From assembly GCA_019510535.1 (NCBI GenBank), contig JAEKKE010000156.1, positions 1 to 52,915 on the forward strand: a stretch of DNA of 52,915 nt, in the 5' to 3' direction. This DNA comes from Acidobacteriota bacterium. Lineage in GTDB: Bacteria > Acidobacteriota > Terriglobia > Terriglobales > Acidobacteriaceae. The notes under the pieces were generated by a model. The model did not search any database. It was not told the origin of the DNA and saw nothing but the letters and a program-made list of their open reading frames with translations. Positions 8,852-19,036 of the stretch are shown piece after piece. The position numbers were made by a program, and so were the translations under genes. Every line of letters begins with the position of its first letter. Position 1 is the first letter of the stretch.

Positions 8852-9676
8852 ATGAAACTTTATCGCACGTCAGGCGGAGCATTTGTTGAAGCGGATCAGG
8901 CATTTTATCCAGTTACAGCAACCAGCTGGGATGAACTGCTGACCTCCCCCGAACTGCAACAGCGTGCTAAGGCCGCTACCCAGAGTGCGGGCCGCGCCTC
9001 GCTCGATGGATTGACGGTGCTGGCTCCGGTGGAAAGTCAGGAGGTCTGGGCCTCTGGCGTGACCTACTATCGCAGTCGCAGCGCGCGCATGGAGGAGTCG
9101 AAAGATGCGGGTGGTGGTGACTTCTACGATCGCGTCTACCATGCAGAGCGTCCGGAGCTCTTCTTCAAGTCTGCGGGGAAGCGTGTTGTGGGTTCGGGCA
9201 GTGCGGTGCGCATTCGCCGCGATGCAACATGGTCGGTACCGGAGCCAGAGCTTGTCATGTTGCTGACGCCTAAGGGCGAGATTGCGGGCTACACCATCGG
9301 TAACGATATGAGCTCGCGCGATATCGAAGGTCAGAACCCTCTCTATCTGCCACAGGCAAAGAACTACGACGGCGCCTGCGCCCTGGGGCCATGCATCCTG
9401 TTGGCGACGGAGCCGATTACGAAGTCCACCGGAATTTCGATCACGATCCTCCGTGGCGGACAAGCCCTCTTCACTGGAGAGACATCGATGGCCGAGATGA
9501 AACGTGAGTTGAAAGAACTCGCCGGATATCTCTTCCGTGAGTCCAGCTTCCCGGACGGTGTGTTCTTGATGACGGGCACGGGGGTAGTGCCGCCGGACAA
9601 CTTCACGTTGGCATCAGGCGATGGAATCCGCATCACGATTGATGGAATTGGAACACTCGAGAACCACGTCGCCTGA
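8852..9676 (+). CDS. Fumarylacetoacetate-hydrolase-family protein, probable 2-keto-3-deoxy-D-xylonate dehydratase (XylX/KdaD-like)
   Basis: [48 protein letters not shown]; SD aggagaggga. Confidence 0.85.
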   Translation: MKLYRTSGGAFVEADQAFYPVTATSWDELLTSPELQQRAKAATQSAGRASLDGLTVLAPVESQEVWASGVTYYRSRSARMEESKDAGGGDFYDRVYHAERPELFFKSAGKRVVGSGSAVRIRRDATWSVPEPELVMLLTPKGEIAGYTIGNDMSSRDIEGQNPLYLPQAKNYDGACALGPCILLATEPITKSTGISITILRGGQALFTGETSMAEMKRELKELAGYLFRESSFPDGVFLMTGTGVVPPDNFTLASGDGIRITIDGIGTLENHVA

Positions 9677-9697
9677 GCGCCGACAGTCTCGGGTAAC

Positions 9698-9728
9698 AAA
9701 AAAAGCAGGCTCTCTTCGAGCCTGCTTT
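9698..9728. terminator. Intrinsic terminator between convergent genes
   Basis: Stem-loop aaagcaggctc-tcttc-gagcctgcttt with an A7 tract (U-tract on the minus strand). Confidence 0.8.
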
Positions 9729-9752
9729 CGGTACAAAAAACGGGAATGATGA

Positions 9753-11498
9753 TTAGACCAGTTCGCGGACCGCATCGGAGACCGCCGTCAGAGCGATCTT
9801 CCCGCGGTTTGGTTCTCCCCTCATCAGCGACTCCGCCAGTTTGGCCGCCTGAGATGGCTTAACCTTTGCCGGCATCGGCGGCGTAAAGGGATCAACCACT
9901 GCCTCCACCAGGGCAGCTCCTTGCCGTTGCAGTGCGAGGTCCAGATCCGCGCCGCAGCGCGCAGGATCTTCGATCCTCCATGAGGGAATACCGCAGCCTC
10001 GCGCGATTGCGGCAAAGTCAGCAGGGAAGAGATCGCAGGCGTACTCAGGGTTACCCAGAAACACCATCTGCTCCCACTTGATCTGCCCGAGAGTGTTGTT
10101 CTTGATGACGATGACCTTGATATTCAACTGGTAGGCCGCGATGGTAATGAGTTCGCCCATCAGCATCGAAAGGCCGCCATCGCCGATGATGCAGTAGACG
10201 GGCCGATCGGGATACGCGATAGCAGCGCCGATTGCATAAGGAAGGCCGCAGGCCATGCTGGCGAGGTTGCCGCTGCAGCTATGCTTCTGTCCACGGAGCG
10301 CGGGGACATAACGCGCCCACCAGGTCGTAATCGTTCCTGAGTCAGAGGTGATAATGGCGTTCGCCGGAATCCGTTTGCCCAGCTCCCAGCCGACGACTTG
10401 CGGCTTCATCGGTTTATCGAGATGTGTTCCTTGCTTCTCAAGCAGCTCCGACCATTTCTGCTTTCCCTTCTGGGCGCTCCTCAGGAAGCGGTCGTCGTGC
10501 TTCTTCAACATCGGCAGTAGAGCCTTCAAACAAACCCTGGTGTCTCCTACGATGCCAACGTCGGCCGGGTATCGCAGGCTGATGCGCTGCGGGTCGCAGT
10601 CGATCTGGACGCACTTTGCATCGCCAGGCTTGGGTAGAAACTCGATGTAAGGGAAAGATGTACCCACCATCAACAGCGTGTCGCAGTCTTCGAGTGCGGT
10701 CTGCGATGGCTCCGTTCCCAACAAGCCGATGCCGCCTGTGGTGTAGGGACTATCATCCGGAACCGCAGCCTTGCCAAGTAGCGATTTGACGATGGGAGCT
10801 CCCAGAACTGCCGCCATACGTTCAAGCTCATCGGTCGCATGCAATGCTCCCTGGCCGGCAAGGATCGCGATCCGCTTGCCGCGGTTCAGAATATCGGCCG
10901 CATGCTGCAGGTCGACCTGGGAGGGCAGGTGTGCGTCAAAGTTCGGTGTTGCAGTGGAGTGATGCGGGGGATTTCGCTCAGACCGCCCTTGCCTGACCGA
11001 CTGTGTTTGTACATCGACCGGCAGAGTGAGATGCGCCACACCTCGTCTGGCCAGCGCCGTTCGTATCGCGAGGTCGGTCAGGCCCTCGATATGAGCACCG
11101 TTCATGACTCGCTCGTTGTACTCGCAGACGTCGATAAAGAGCTTATCCAGCGCGACGTCCTGCTGAGCGAAGGTTCCCAGCAGATCTGCGTGTTGCAATC
11201 CCGTGATCGCAAGAACTGGGGCATGGTCCAGCTTGGCGTCGTAGAGACCGTTAAGTAGATGAATTCCTCCAGGACCGGAGGTGGCGATACAGACGCCCAG
11301 CCTTCCCGTGAACTTGGCATAGGCGCATGCGGCGAAGGCGGCCGACTCCTCATGCCGCACATGGATAAACCGGATGCGGTCTTTTCGCTGCCGCAACGCT
11401 TCGAAAACTCCATTGATGCCATCGCCGGGAAGACCGAAAATCGTGTCCACGCCCCAGGCGATCAGCCGTTCCACCAGTACATCCGATGTATTTGACAT
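9753..11498 (-). CDS. Thiamine-diphosphate-dependent pyruvate oxidase/dehydrogenase (PoxB-like)
   Basis: FGLPGDGING, VRHEESAAF, TSGPGGIHLLNGLYDAK, and the GDGG...NN ThDP motif; start taken at MSNTSD. Confidence 0.9.
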   Translation of the reverse strand: MSNTSDVLVERLIAWGVDTIFGLPGDGINGVFEALRQRKDRIRFIHVRHEESAAFAACAYAKFTGRLGVCIATSGPGGIHLLNGLYDAKLDHAPVLAITGLQHADLLGTFAQQDVALDKLFIDVCEYNERVMNGAHIEGLTDLAIRTALARRGVAHLTLPVDVQTQSVRQGRSERNPPHHSTATPNFDAHLPSQVDLQHAADILNRGKRIAILAGQGALHATDELERMAAVLGAPIVKSLLGKAAVPDDSPYTTGGIGLLGTEPSQTALEDCDTLLMVGTSFPYIEFLPKPGDAKCVQIDCDPQRISLRYPADVGIVGDTRVCLKALLPMLKKHDDRFLRSAQKGKQKWSELLEKQGTHLDKPMKPQVVGWELGKRIPANAIITSDSGTITTWWARYVPALRGQKHSCSGNLASMACGLPYAIGAAIAYPDRPVYCIIGDGGLSMLMGELITIAAYQLNIKVIVIKNNTLGQIKWEQMVFLGNPEYACDLFPADFAAIARGCGIPSWRIEDPARCGADLDLALQRQGAALVEAVVDPFTPPMPAKVKPSQAAKLAESLMRGEPNRGKIALTAVSDAVRELV

Positions 11499-11578
11499 AG
11501 GTCTGCCCCTCTCGCGAACTCTGATGCCGCGTTCTGGGGGGCAGTTTTCCGATTGTCGAAAGGGAAGTTCTGTTGAGT

Positions 11579-11614
11579 TCCCATACACCGGGACATGGTG
11601 ACCGGTGTATGGGA
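11579..11614. repeat. REP-like hairpin downstream of tpiA
   Basis: tcccatacaccgg-N10-ccggtgtatggga (13-bp stem); same family as 35430-35458. Confidence 0.65.
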
Positions 11615-11623
11615 GGCTCCAAC

Positions 11624-12370
11624 TTAGTACTGCACGATGGCAGCGAAAGAGTCCGGCTTTAGGCTGGCGCCGCCCACAAGTGCTCCATCAATATTGGGTT
11701 GTTCGAGAAGCGACTTTGAGTTCTCCGGTTTGACGGAACCGCCGTAAAGGATGCGAATCTCGTTGGCCACATCGCCCAGATGCTGTGCCATGTGATTTCG
11801 AACGAGGATGTGTGTCTCTTCGGCGATCTCTGGCGTTGCGGTCAGGCCTGTGCCGATAGCCCATACCGGCTCATACGCGACAACCAGCTTGTCCGCATGC
11901 TCTTTCGGAAGGCCGGCGAGCGCTCCGGCCAACTGGCTGGCGAGAACATCGTTCGTCTTTCCAGACTCCCGCTCATCGAGTTGCTCGCCGATGCAGAGCA
12001 GCGGTGTCAGACCGTGCGCGATTGCCGCCTTCACCTTCAGATTGATGCGCTCGTCCGTCTCGTTATCGTACTGGCGATTCTCGGAGTGGCCGATCAGCAC
12101 GTGAGTCGCGCCAAGCGTGGTAAGCATGACTGGTGAAGTATGGCCGGTGTAGGCGCCCTCATTTGCCCAGTGCATGCTTTGCGCACCGGCTGCGACGTTC
12201 GTGCCGCGGACGCGATTAATGACTGTCGCGAGCGATGTGATGGAAGGGAAGAGCACGATCTCGTCGCGGGTATGTCCGGCCACGAGTGGCAGGAAGGCCT
12301 CGACAAAGGTCAGCGCTTCGGAAGGAGTTTTGTACATCTTCCAGTTGGCAGCGATCAGTTTTTTACGCAT
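11624..12370 (-). CDS. tpiA: Triosephosphate isomerase
   Basis: AANWKM, IGHSE, AYEPVWAIGTG, YGGSV, LVGGASL. Confidence 0.98.
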   Translation of the reverse strand: MRKKLIAANWKMYKTPSEALTFVEAFLPLVAGHTRDEIVLFPSITSLATVINRVRGTNVAAGAQSMHWANEGAYTGHTSPVMLTTLGATHVLIGHSENRQYDNETDERINLKVKAAIAHGLTPLLCIGEQLDERESGKTNDVLASQLAGALAGLPKEHADKLVVAYEPVWAIGTGLTATPEIAEETHILVRNHMAQHLGDVANEIRILYGGSVKPENSKSLLEQPNIDGALVGGASLKPDSFAAIVQY

Positions 12371-12446
12371 GGCCAACCATTTTATCGGAGTGAGAATGCG
12401 TTTCGCCGAACCACAAGCAGGAGGTCTGTGACTCGGCGGGAAGGAA

Positions 12447-12674
12447 CTATTCCCTGTGAGGAAAGAAAACGCGCGCTAGCAGATAGCCCACCAATCCTCC
12501 GATGAGCGTACCTCCAACGACAGCAGCGGGGTTCGCGCTGGCCGTTACTCCGGCGATATTCCGTGAGGATTCGTAGGAGTGGACTGCTCCCGTAATCAGC
12601 GTGCCAAGCGCGACCACACAGCCACCCAGCGCCGCTGAGATAGCTGTAGTGATCGCGATCAACAGAATTCGCAT
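12447..12674 (-). CDS. Small two-TM hypothetical membrane protein
   Basis: 75-aa ORF with two hydrophobic Gly-rich segments, starting 7 nt after the pgk stop in the same orientation. Confidence 0.55.
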   Translation of the reverse strand: MRILLIAITTAISAALGGCVVALGTLITGAVHSYESSRNIAGVTASANPAAVVGGTLIGGLVGYLLARVFFPHRE

Positions 12675-12681
12675 TACGCGG

Positions 12682-13896
12682 CTATTTATTCGTCAGAGCT
12701 TCCACGCCGGGCAGCTTCTTGCCTTCGAGGAACTCCAGGCTGGCTCCGCCGCCGGTGGAGACGTGCGTAATCCGGTCCGTGACTTCGGCTGCATGAACAG
12801 CCGCGACAGAATCACCCCCGCCCACGATGCTGGTGGCATCGTGATTCGCCGCTACCGCCCGGGCAATTGCCATGGTGCCCTTGGCGAAGGCAGGCATCTC
12901 GAAGACGCCCATCGGTCCGTTCCAGACAATTGTGCGTGAATCGGCAATGACGTGCTTGAACTGTTCAACCGACTTAGGACCGATGTCCAACGCCATCCAA
13001 TCGGCAGGGAAGTCGCCCTCACCGTCGACGATCTGTGTCTTCGCCTTGGCGTCGAACTTGTCAGCCAGGACATGATCGACGGGCAGCAGGAGCTTCACTC
13101 CCTTGGCAGCGGCCTTGTCCATGGCAGCCTTGGCGACATCGATCTTATCGGCTTCCACGAGACTCTTACCCGTCTTCTGACCCTTGGCATTGAGGAAGGT
13201 ATAGGCCATGCCTCCGCCGATCAAAAGGGTGTCGACCTTATCGAGCAGGCTCTCGATCACCTCAATTTTGTCGGAGACTTTGGCGCCGCCGATGATCGCC
13301 GCAAACGGCTTATCGGGGTTGTGCAGAGCCTTGCCGAGATAGTTCAGCTCCTTCTCCATCAGGAGACCAGCGGCGGACTGCTGCACGTAGTGTGTAATCC
13401 CCTCGGTTGAGGCATGGGCACGGTGGGCAGCGCCAAAAGCGTCATTTACATAGACGTCGGCGAGTCTGGCCAGCTTCTTTGCGAAGGCAGGATCGTTCTT
13501 CTCCTCTTCGGCATGGAAACGCAGGTTCTCGAGCAGGAGCACCTGTCCGCTCTCAAGCTGACGCGTCAACTCTTCCGCGACTTCGCCGACACAATCCGGA
13601 GAGAAGGCAACGTTGACCTGCTCACCCAGTGCATGATCCAGCAACTGGCGCAGGCGGTCGACGACCGGGCGCAGACTCATCTCAGGATTTACCTTGCCCT
13701 TGGGACGGCCAAGATGCGCCGCCAGAATGACCTTTGCATGATGGCGAATGGCATATTCGATCGTGGGAAGAGTCTCACGGATACGGGTGTCGTCGGTGAT
13801 CGAGTGCCCTCCGTCCGCCAACGGAACATTAAAGTCCACGCGGATGAAGAGACGCTTGTTGTCCAAATCGAGATCGCGGATAGAGAGTTTGGCCAT
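12682..13896 (-). CDS. pgk: Phosphoglycerate kinase
   Basis: [47 protein letters not shown]. Confidence 0.98.
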   Translation of the reverse strand: MAKLSIRDLDLDNKRLFIRVDFNVPLADGGHSITDDTRIRETLPTIEYAIRHHAKVILAAHLGRPKGKVNPEMSLRPVVDRLRQLLDHALGEQVNVAFSPDCVGEVAEELTRQLESGQVLLLENLRFHAEEEKNDPAFAKKLARLADVYVNDAFGAAHRAHASTEGITHYVQQSAAGLLMEKELNYLGKALHNPDKPFAAIIGGAKVSDKIEVIESLLDKVDTLLIGGGMAYTFLNAKGQKTGKSLVEADKIDVAKAAMDKAAAKGVKLLLPVDHVLADKFDAKAKTQIVDGEGDFPADWMALDIGPKSVEQFKHVIADSRTIVWNGPMGVFEMPAFAKGTMAIARAVAANHDATSIVGGGDSVAAVHAAEVTDRITHVSTGGGASLEFLEGKKLPGVEALTNK

Positions 13897-13920
13897 ACTG
13901 TCTGGTGTCCTGTCTGAAAA

Positions 13921-14295
13921 CTAGTCTGTGATGAATGCGTCGGCTTCGATTTCGATACGCCAGTCGGGATTGAGCAGTTCCTTGACGACCACCATCGTCG
14001 CCGCCGGCCGAATGCTGCCGAAGAACTCGCCGTGCACACGGCCCACCTCTTCCCAATCCGCCGTATGGGTCAGGAACATCCTGGTGCGCACAACGTGCTC
14101 CAGCCGGGCGCCGGCTTTTTCCAGGGCGGTCTGAATAATCTCGAGTGTCTTGCGGGTCTGGGCGGCGACGTCTTCCTTGTCAGCGCCTACCGGTCCCGTA
14201 CCGGAGACATGGACGTGCCCGCCAACTTTGACCGCGCGGGAGAAACCAATGATCGGCTCATAAGGAGAAGTGCCTGCAATATTCGTGCGTGTCAC
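13921..14295 (-). CDS. RidA/YjgF/UK114-family protein
   Basis: GFSRAV, VSGT, RPAATMV, IEIEADA. Confidence 0.9.
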   Translation of the reverse strand: MTRTNIAGTSPYEPIIGFSRAVKVGGHVHVSGTGPVGADKEDVAAQTRKTLEIIQTALEKAGARLEHVVRTRMFLTHTADWEEVGRVHGEFFGSIRPAATMVVVKELLNPDWRIEIEADAFITD

Positions 14296-14652
14296 TTACA
14301 GCTCCTGTTTTTGTGCGTAATGATCGGCGCCAAGAAAGTGTAACGATACGTATGGCTCTTCGCCTACTACCCAGCTATCGTGTCCCGGCGCGATGTAGAA
14401 GAGATCTCCCGGCTTCATCACGATGACATTGCCATCATCCATGGCTGCGGTTGCCATGCCGACATGCTCTACGTGGCAACTGGTCTGACCCAGGGTCTTA
14501 CCCACGTGTTCGCTCCACTTCCATCCTGGTTCATAGGTAGCGCGGCCGATGGATATGCCACCAAGCCGCACTACCTCAAACCTGCCTTTTTCGAAGATCC
14601 GAATCTCGTCCGGCGTCTCGAATCGCTTCAGGATGACCTCAAGCGGGGCCAC
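14296..14652 (-). CDS. Cupin-domain protein (possibly with a short internal deletion)
   Basis: YEPGWKWSEHV, CHVEHVG, PGDLFYIAPGHDSWVVG; GTG start 5 nt after the gap stop. Confidence 0.8.
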   Translation of the reverse strand: MAPLEVILKRFETPDEIRIFEKGRFEVVRLGGISIGRATYEPGWKWSEHVGKTLGQTSCHVEHVGMATAAMDDGNVIVMKPGDLFYIAPGHDSWVVGEEPYVSLHFLGADHYAQKQEL

Positions 14653-14657
14653 GTGTA

Positions 14658-15662
14658 TTACAGCCCCTTCTGCTCGAGGAAGAGGATCAGGTCCTTCACG
14701 CGTGAGGAGTAGCCCCACTCGTTGTCGTACCAGCTAATGATCTTCACCGTATTGCCAATAACCTTGGTCAGGGACGAGTCGAAGATCGACGAGCGGTTAT
14801 CACCCTTGAAGTCAGAGGAGACCAACTCTTCCGTGGTGTAGCCGAGGATGCCCTTCAGCGGGCCTTCCGAAGCGGCCTTGATCGCGGCGTTGACGGTTTC
14901 AATGGTCACCGGCTTTTCCGCGACGAAGGTCAGGTCAACCACCGAGACGTTCGGGGTTGGGACGCGAATTGCGAAGCCGTCCAGTTTGCCGGCCATCTCC
15001 GGGATCACGAGCTTCAGGGCCTTGGCGGCGCCGGTGGAGCTCGGAATCAGGTTGATGGCTGCGGCGCGGGCGCGGCGCAGATCCTTGTGCGGGAAGTCCA
15101 GGATCACCTGGTCGTTGGTGTAGCTGTGGACGGTCGTCATGATGCCGCTGACGATGCCGAAGCTCTCATGCAGCACCTTGACCACGGGAGCAAGGCAGTT
15201 CGTGGTGCACGACGCATTGGACAGGACGTTGTGCTTGGCGGGGTCGTACTTCTCCTGGTTCACACCCAGCACGAGCGTGATGTCCTCATTGGTGGCAGGA
15301 GCGGAGATGATGACCTTCTTGACGGTCTCGCCGAGGTGAGCCTTTGCCTTGGTGGCATCGGTAAAGTGGCCGGTCGACTCGACGACGATCTGGGCGCCGA
15401 CTTCGGCCCAAGGAAGCTTGGCGGGGTCACGCTCAGCGTAGACCTTGATCTTCTTATCATCCACCTGGATGTAGTCCGTACCGGCCGAGATCTCGTTCGG
15501 CAGGTTGCCCAGGATGGAGTCGTACTTCAGCAGGTGTGCCAGCGTCGCCGGGCTGGTCAGGTCGTTAACGGCGACAAACTCAATTTCAGGGTTATTGATT
15601 GCGGTGCGGAAGACATTACGGCCGATGCGGCCGAAGCCGTTGATTCCTACCTTCACTGCCAT
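14658..15662 (-). CDS. gap: Type I glyceraldehyde-3-phosphate dehydrogenase
   Basis: GINGFGRIGR, ASCTTNCL, WYDNEWGYS; SD AAGGAG. Confidence 0.99.
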   Translation of the reverse strand: MAVKVGINGFGRIGRNVFRTAINNPEIEFVAVNDLTSPATLAHLLKYDSILGNLPNEISAGTDYIQVDDKKIKVYAERDPAKLPWAEVGAQIVVESTGHFTDATKAKAHLGETVKKVIISAPATNEDITLVLGVNQEKYDPAKHNVLSNASCTTNCLAPVVKVLHESFGIVSGIMTTVHSYTNDQVILDFPHKDLRRARAAAINLIPSSTGAAKALKLVIPEMAGKLDGFAIRVPTPNVSVVDLTFVAEKPVTIETVNAAIKAASEGPLKGILGYTTEELVSSDFKGDNRSSIFDSSLTKVIGNTVKIISWYDNEWGYSSRVKDLILFLEQKGL

Positions 15663-15922
15663 ATGCAGTTGGCTCCTTGTTCAATTCACAGGTTGAAACG
15701 AGTAGCATTTCGCGTTTCCAGGCCGCTGGTTGGCGGCAAACGCACGTCTAAAGACCGATGCTACCAGCATGGGATAGGCCCCGCAAATAATGGGTGGACC
15801 CAGGAATTGGCGGTCAGGCCCTCGCCATTAGCCAAAACCATGACCTGCTATTACCCAGCCGAATACCTTCTGGAGAGGAGAAGTTTGCGGCTGGCAAGTC
15901 GTTGTGTTACAAGCAGAAACAT

Positions 15923-16732
15923 ATGCGCGAATGGATGCGCGAAAAGATGAGAAGACGTTCCCGCCGCGGGCCTAACAATTCGGAGTCCACTGGCAAGATC
16001 GGTCAGGAGTTACCTGCCGACCAGCCGGCTCCGTTGCGTCCCGCTTATCCTGATGAACCGGCTGCCCAACAGGCTGCGGCTGAACCTCCACCCGACGTTG
16101 TCGCGGCAAGCGAGGTTTCCGCGGTTGCAGAGGCGCTTGAGGCCGGCCCTGAGGCCGTTGCCGAGGGAAAGGTAGAGGTCGAGACTCAGCCCGCTGAGCC
16201 GCCGGCATCTCAGCCTGACGACACCTCGACGGCGTCTCCGCGACAGCCACGCGGCTATGTGGTGCTGACCATTGGCCTTCCCGGAAGCGGGAAGACCACC
16301 TGGTACAAGCGCCGTGGCGTAACCCCGCTTTCGAGCGATATGCTGCGCAGCATTCTGTTCGATGACATCACCGAGCAGCGTTATCAGGGACTGGTCTTTT
16401 CTACCCTGCGGTCGCTGCTACGGGCACGGCTTATCGCCAAGATGCCATGGAATTATGTCGATGCCACCAATCTCTCGGCACACGAGCGTCGTCAGTGGAT
16501 CAAGATGGCCAAAAGCTTCGGCTATGAGGTGCACGCCGTGTACTTCGACGTGCCGCTTGAGATCTGCATGGAGCGCAACCGCAAGCGAGAGCGTAGCGTC
16601 TCCGACGACGTCATGAAGAAGATGGCTGAACGTCTGAGACCACCAAGCTTCAAGGAAGGGTTCTCGAAGGTCACCGTTGTCCGCGTGAAGAGCGGCTCTA
16701 ACGATGATTCTGCGCCTGCCGCAGAGGCTTGA
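15923..16732 (+). CDS. AAA_33/polynucleotide-kinase-like P-loop protein with a disordered acidic N-terminus
   Basis: IGLPGSGKTT, LSSD, VDATN, R..RER lid motif; Pro/Ala/Glu-rich N-terminal region. Confidence 0.8.
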   Translation: MREWMREKMRRRSRRGPNNSESTGKIGQELPADQPAPLRPAYPDEPAAQQAAAEPPPDVVAASEVSAVAEALEAGPEAVAEGKVEVETQPAEPPASQPDDTSTASPRQPRGYVVLTIGLPGSGKTTWYKRRGVTPLSSDMLRSILFDDITEQRYQGLVFSTLRSLLRARLIAKMPWNYVDATNLSAHERRQWIKMAKSFGYEVHAVYFDVPLEICMERNRKRERSVSDDVMKKMAERLRPPSFKEGFSKVTVVRVKSGSNDDSAPAAEA

Positions 16733-16761
16733 GGTCCCCGGCATTCAGGAGAGGCCCTTTT

Positions 16762-17529
16762 ATGGCCATGGCCGCCGTTGAGTTCGATGCGTTGTCGCTC
16801 GCTCTCTCCGGCGGCCGCTCCATTTTGAGCGGAATTCATCTCGCCGTAGAGCAGGGAAGCACGACCGCCTTACTTGGTCGCTCCGGCAGCGGTAAAACGA
16901 CGCTTCTACGCATGGTGAATGCCATGGCGGCACCTACTTCCGGAGAGGTGCGTGTAATGGGGAAGCCAGTCGCCTCCCAGGACTGTACCTCGCTGCGCCG
17001 CGGCATTGGCTACGTCATTCAGGAAACCGGCCTCTTTCCGCACATGACAATCGGGCGCAATGTCGGGCTCCCGCTGGAGATGGCCGGGCAGTCGAAGACC
17101 CAGATCGCTACACGTGTTGCTGAACTGCTACCGATGGTGGGCCTGGAAGGCGTGAGCTTCGCCCGCCGCTATCCCTGGCAGCTCTCCGGAGGTCAGCGGC
17201 AGCGTGTGGGGCTTGCGCGGGCGCTGGCGGCCGATCCGCCAATTCTGCTGATGGATGAGCCCTTTGGAGCCCTAGATCCAGTCACCCGGGTAGAGATGCA
17301 GGAGATGATGGCGTCGTTGATCGAGCGTCTCCGCAAAACAGTCCTGCTGGTAACGCATGACCTGGAAGAGGCTCTTTATCTCGCACAGCGGGTGATCTTT
17401 CTGGAAGGCGGACGAGTCGTCGCGGACCTTCCTTCGAACAAAGTGATGCCCTCCAGCGACCCCCATGTGCGGCAGTACATCCGCGCCGTCCGGCACAATC
17501 ATCGCAACCACGAGGAGCCGGCGTCATGA
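16762..17529 (+). CDS. Osmoprotectant ABC transporter ATP-binding subunit (OpuA/OsmV-like, no CBS domains)
   Basis: GRSGSGKT, GYVIQETGLFPH, LSGGQRQR, LLMDEPFGALD. Confidence 0.92.
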   Translation: MAMAAVEFDALSLALSGGRSILSGIHLAVEQGSTTALLGRSGSGKTTLLRMVNAMAAPTSGEVRVMGKPVASQDCTSLRRGIGYVIQETGLFPHMTIGRNVGLPLEMAGQSKTQIATRVAELLPMVGLEGVSFARRYPWQLSGGQRQRVGLARALAADPPILLMDEPFGALDPVTRVEMQEMMASLIERLRKTVLLVTHDLEEALYLAQRVIFLEGGRVVADLPSNKVMPSSDPHVRQYIRAVRHNHRNHEEPAS

Positions 17530-18158
17530 CCGGTTTCCTTCGAGCCCACGGGTATGAGATAGCCCGGCTGACCTTTGAGCACCTGTGGCTAACGTTCTTT
17601 GCGATGCTGCTGGCGACGGTGATCGGGCTGCCGCTTGGCATCGTGCTTTCGCGGCGTCCTAAGCTGGCCAAACCCATCATCGGCTTTGCCAATGTGCTGC
17701 AGACCGTGCCGTCTCTCGCACTCTTCGGTCTGCTTCTGCCGGTGCCGTGGCTTGGAGAAAATGCAGCTCGCCTGGCCATCCTGGCGCTCACTGGATATGC
17801 ACTGCTTCCTATCCTGCGGAATACCTACGCCGGGATTCGCAGTATTGATCCGACGCTGACCGACATTGCTACCGCGCTCGGTATGACGGCGCGACAGAGG
17901 CTCCTCAAGGTGGAGCTCCCGCTCTCGGCGTCCGTGATCCTTGCAGGCCTCCGGACCGCCACCGTGACCTGCGTCGGTGTCGCGACCATTGCGGCAGCCA
18001 TCGGCGCCGGCGGCCTTGGCGAACTTATCTTCCGCGGCGTCGCTTCAGTGGATAACGGCCTGGTTCTCGCCGGAGCGGTTCCGGCGGCCCTGCTGGCATT
18101 GCTGGCGGATGCGGCACTTGGGTTTCTGGAAAAGAAGCTGACGGTGAAACGAGCATGA
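17526..18158 (+). CDS. Osmoprotectant ABC transporter permease
   Basis: QTVPSLAL, LPILRNTY, VELPL, IGAGGLG. Confidence 0.92.
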   Translation: MTGFLRAHGYEIARLTFEHLWLTFFAMLLATVIGLPLGIVLSRRPKLAKPIIGFANVLQTVPSLALFGLLLPVPWLGENAARLAILALTGYALLPILRNTYAGIRSIDPTLTDIATALGMTARQRLLKVELPLSASVILAGLRTATVTCVGVATIAAAIGAGGLGELIFRGVASVDNGLVLAGAVPAALLALLADAALGFLEKKLTVKRA

Positions 18159-19036
18159 GCCGCAGATTTCTTCTGCTGCCAATGCTGGCGCTGCTTAGTC
18201 TTGTGGCCTGTGCGCCTCCACGGGCATCACGCATCGTGGTTGGCTGCAAGAACTTTACGGAGCAGGTCATTCTTGGCGAGCTGCTGGCACAGCAGATCGA
18301 AAGCACCACCCACGAGCGTGTCGATCGCCGTTTCTATCTCGCGGGCAGCTATATCGCGCACCAGGCACTGGTACAAGGTCGGATCGATCTCTATCCGGAG
18401 TACACCGGGACTGCGCTGACTGCTGTACTCAAACAACCGCTGGACCGCGATCCAGCACGCGTACTCGCTACCATTCGCACCATCTATGCCAAACAGCATC
18501 ATGTCACCGTTGCACAGCCGCTAGGCTTCGAGGACACGTTTGCCATGGTGCTGCGGAAGGATGATGCCACCCGGCTCGGCGTACAAACGCTCTCCCATGC
18601 GGCCCAGTTCGCCCCACAGTGGAAGCTTGGTACCGGCTACGAATTTGAATCGCGCCCGGATGGGTTGCAAGGTCTGCAGCAGACCTATCAACTCCGTTTC
18701 AATGGTCCACCGCGGGTCATGGATCTCGGTCTGCTGTATCGCGCCCTCGCCAGCCATCAGGTGGACATTGTCTCCGGCAACTCGACCGATGGGCCTATCC
18801 GTGCGCTGGGCCTGGTTGTGTTGCAGGATGATAAGCGTTACTTTCCTCCCTATGAGGCCGTGCCGCTCGTTCGGGAGGATGCACTCCAGCGCCACCCGGG
18901 GCTCGCTGTAGCCCTGCAACAGCTGGCGGGAAAGATCTCTGCCGAAGAAATGCAGACGCTGAACCACGAGGTTGACGGCAATCATCGGGATGTCGCCGAA
19001 GTCGTACGAGAGTTCCGCCAAAGGAAGGGATGGTGA
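18155..19036 (+). CDS. Glycine betaine/choline-type ABC substrate-binding lipoprotein (OpuAC/OsmF-like)
   Basis: Lipobox LVAC, KNFTEQ, YPEYTGT, DDKRYFPPY. Confidence 0.92.
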   Translation: MSRRFLLLPMLALLSLVACAPPRASRIVVGCKNFTEQVILGELLAQQIESTTHERVDRRFYLAGSYIAHQALVQGRIDLYPEYTGTALTAVLKQPLDRDPARVLATIRTIYAKQHHVTVAQPLGFEDTFAMVLRKDDATRLGVQTLSHAAQFAPQWKLGTGYEFESRPDGLQGLQQTYQLRFNGPPRVMDLGLLYRALASHQVDIVSGNSTDGPIRALGLVVLQDDKRYFPPYEAVPLVREDALQRHPGLAVALQQLAGKISAEEMQTLNHEVDGNHRDVAEVVREFRQRKGW

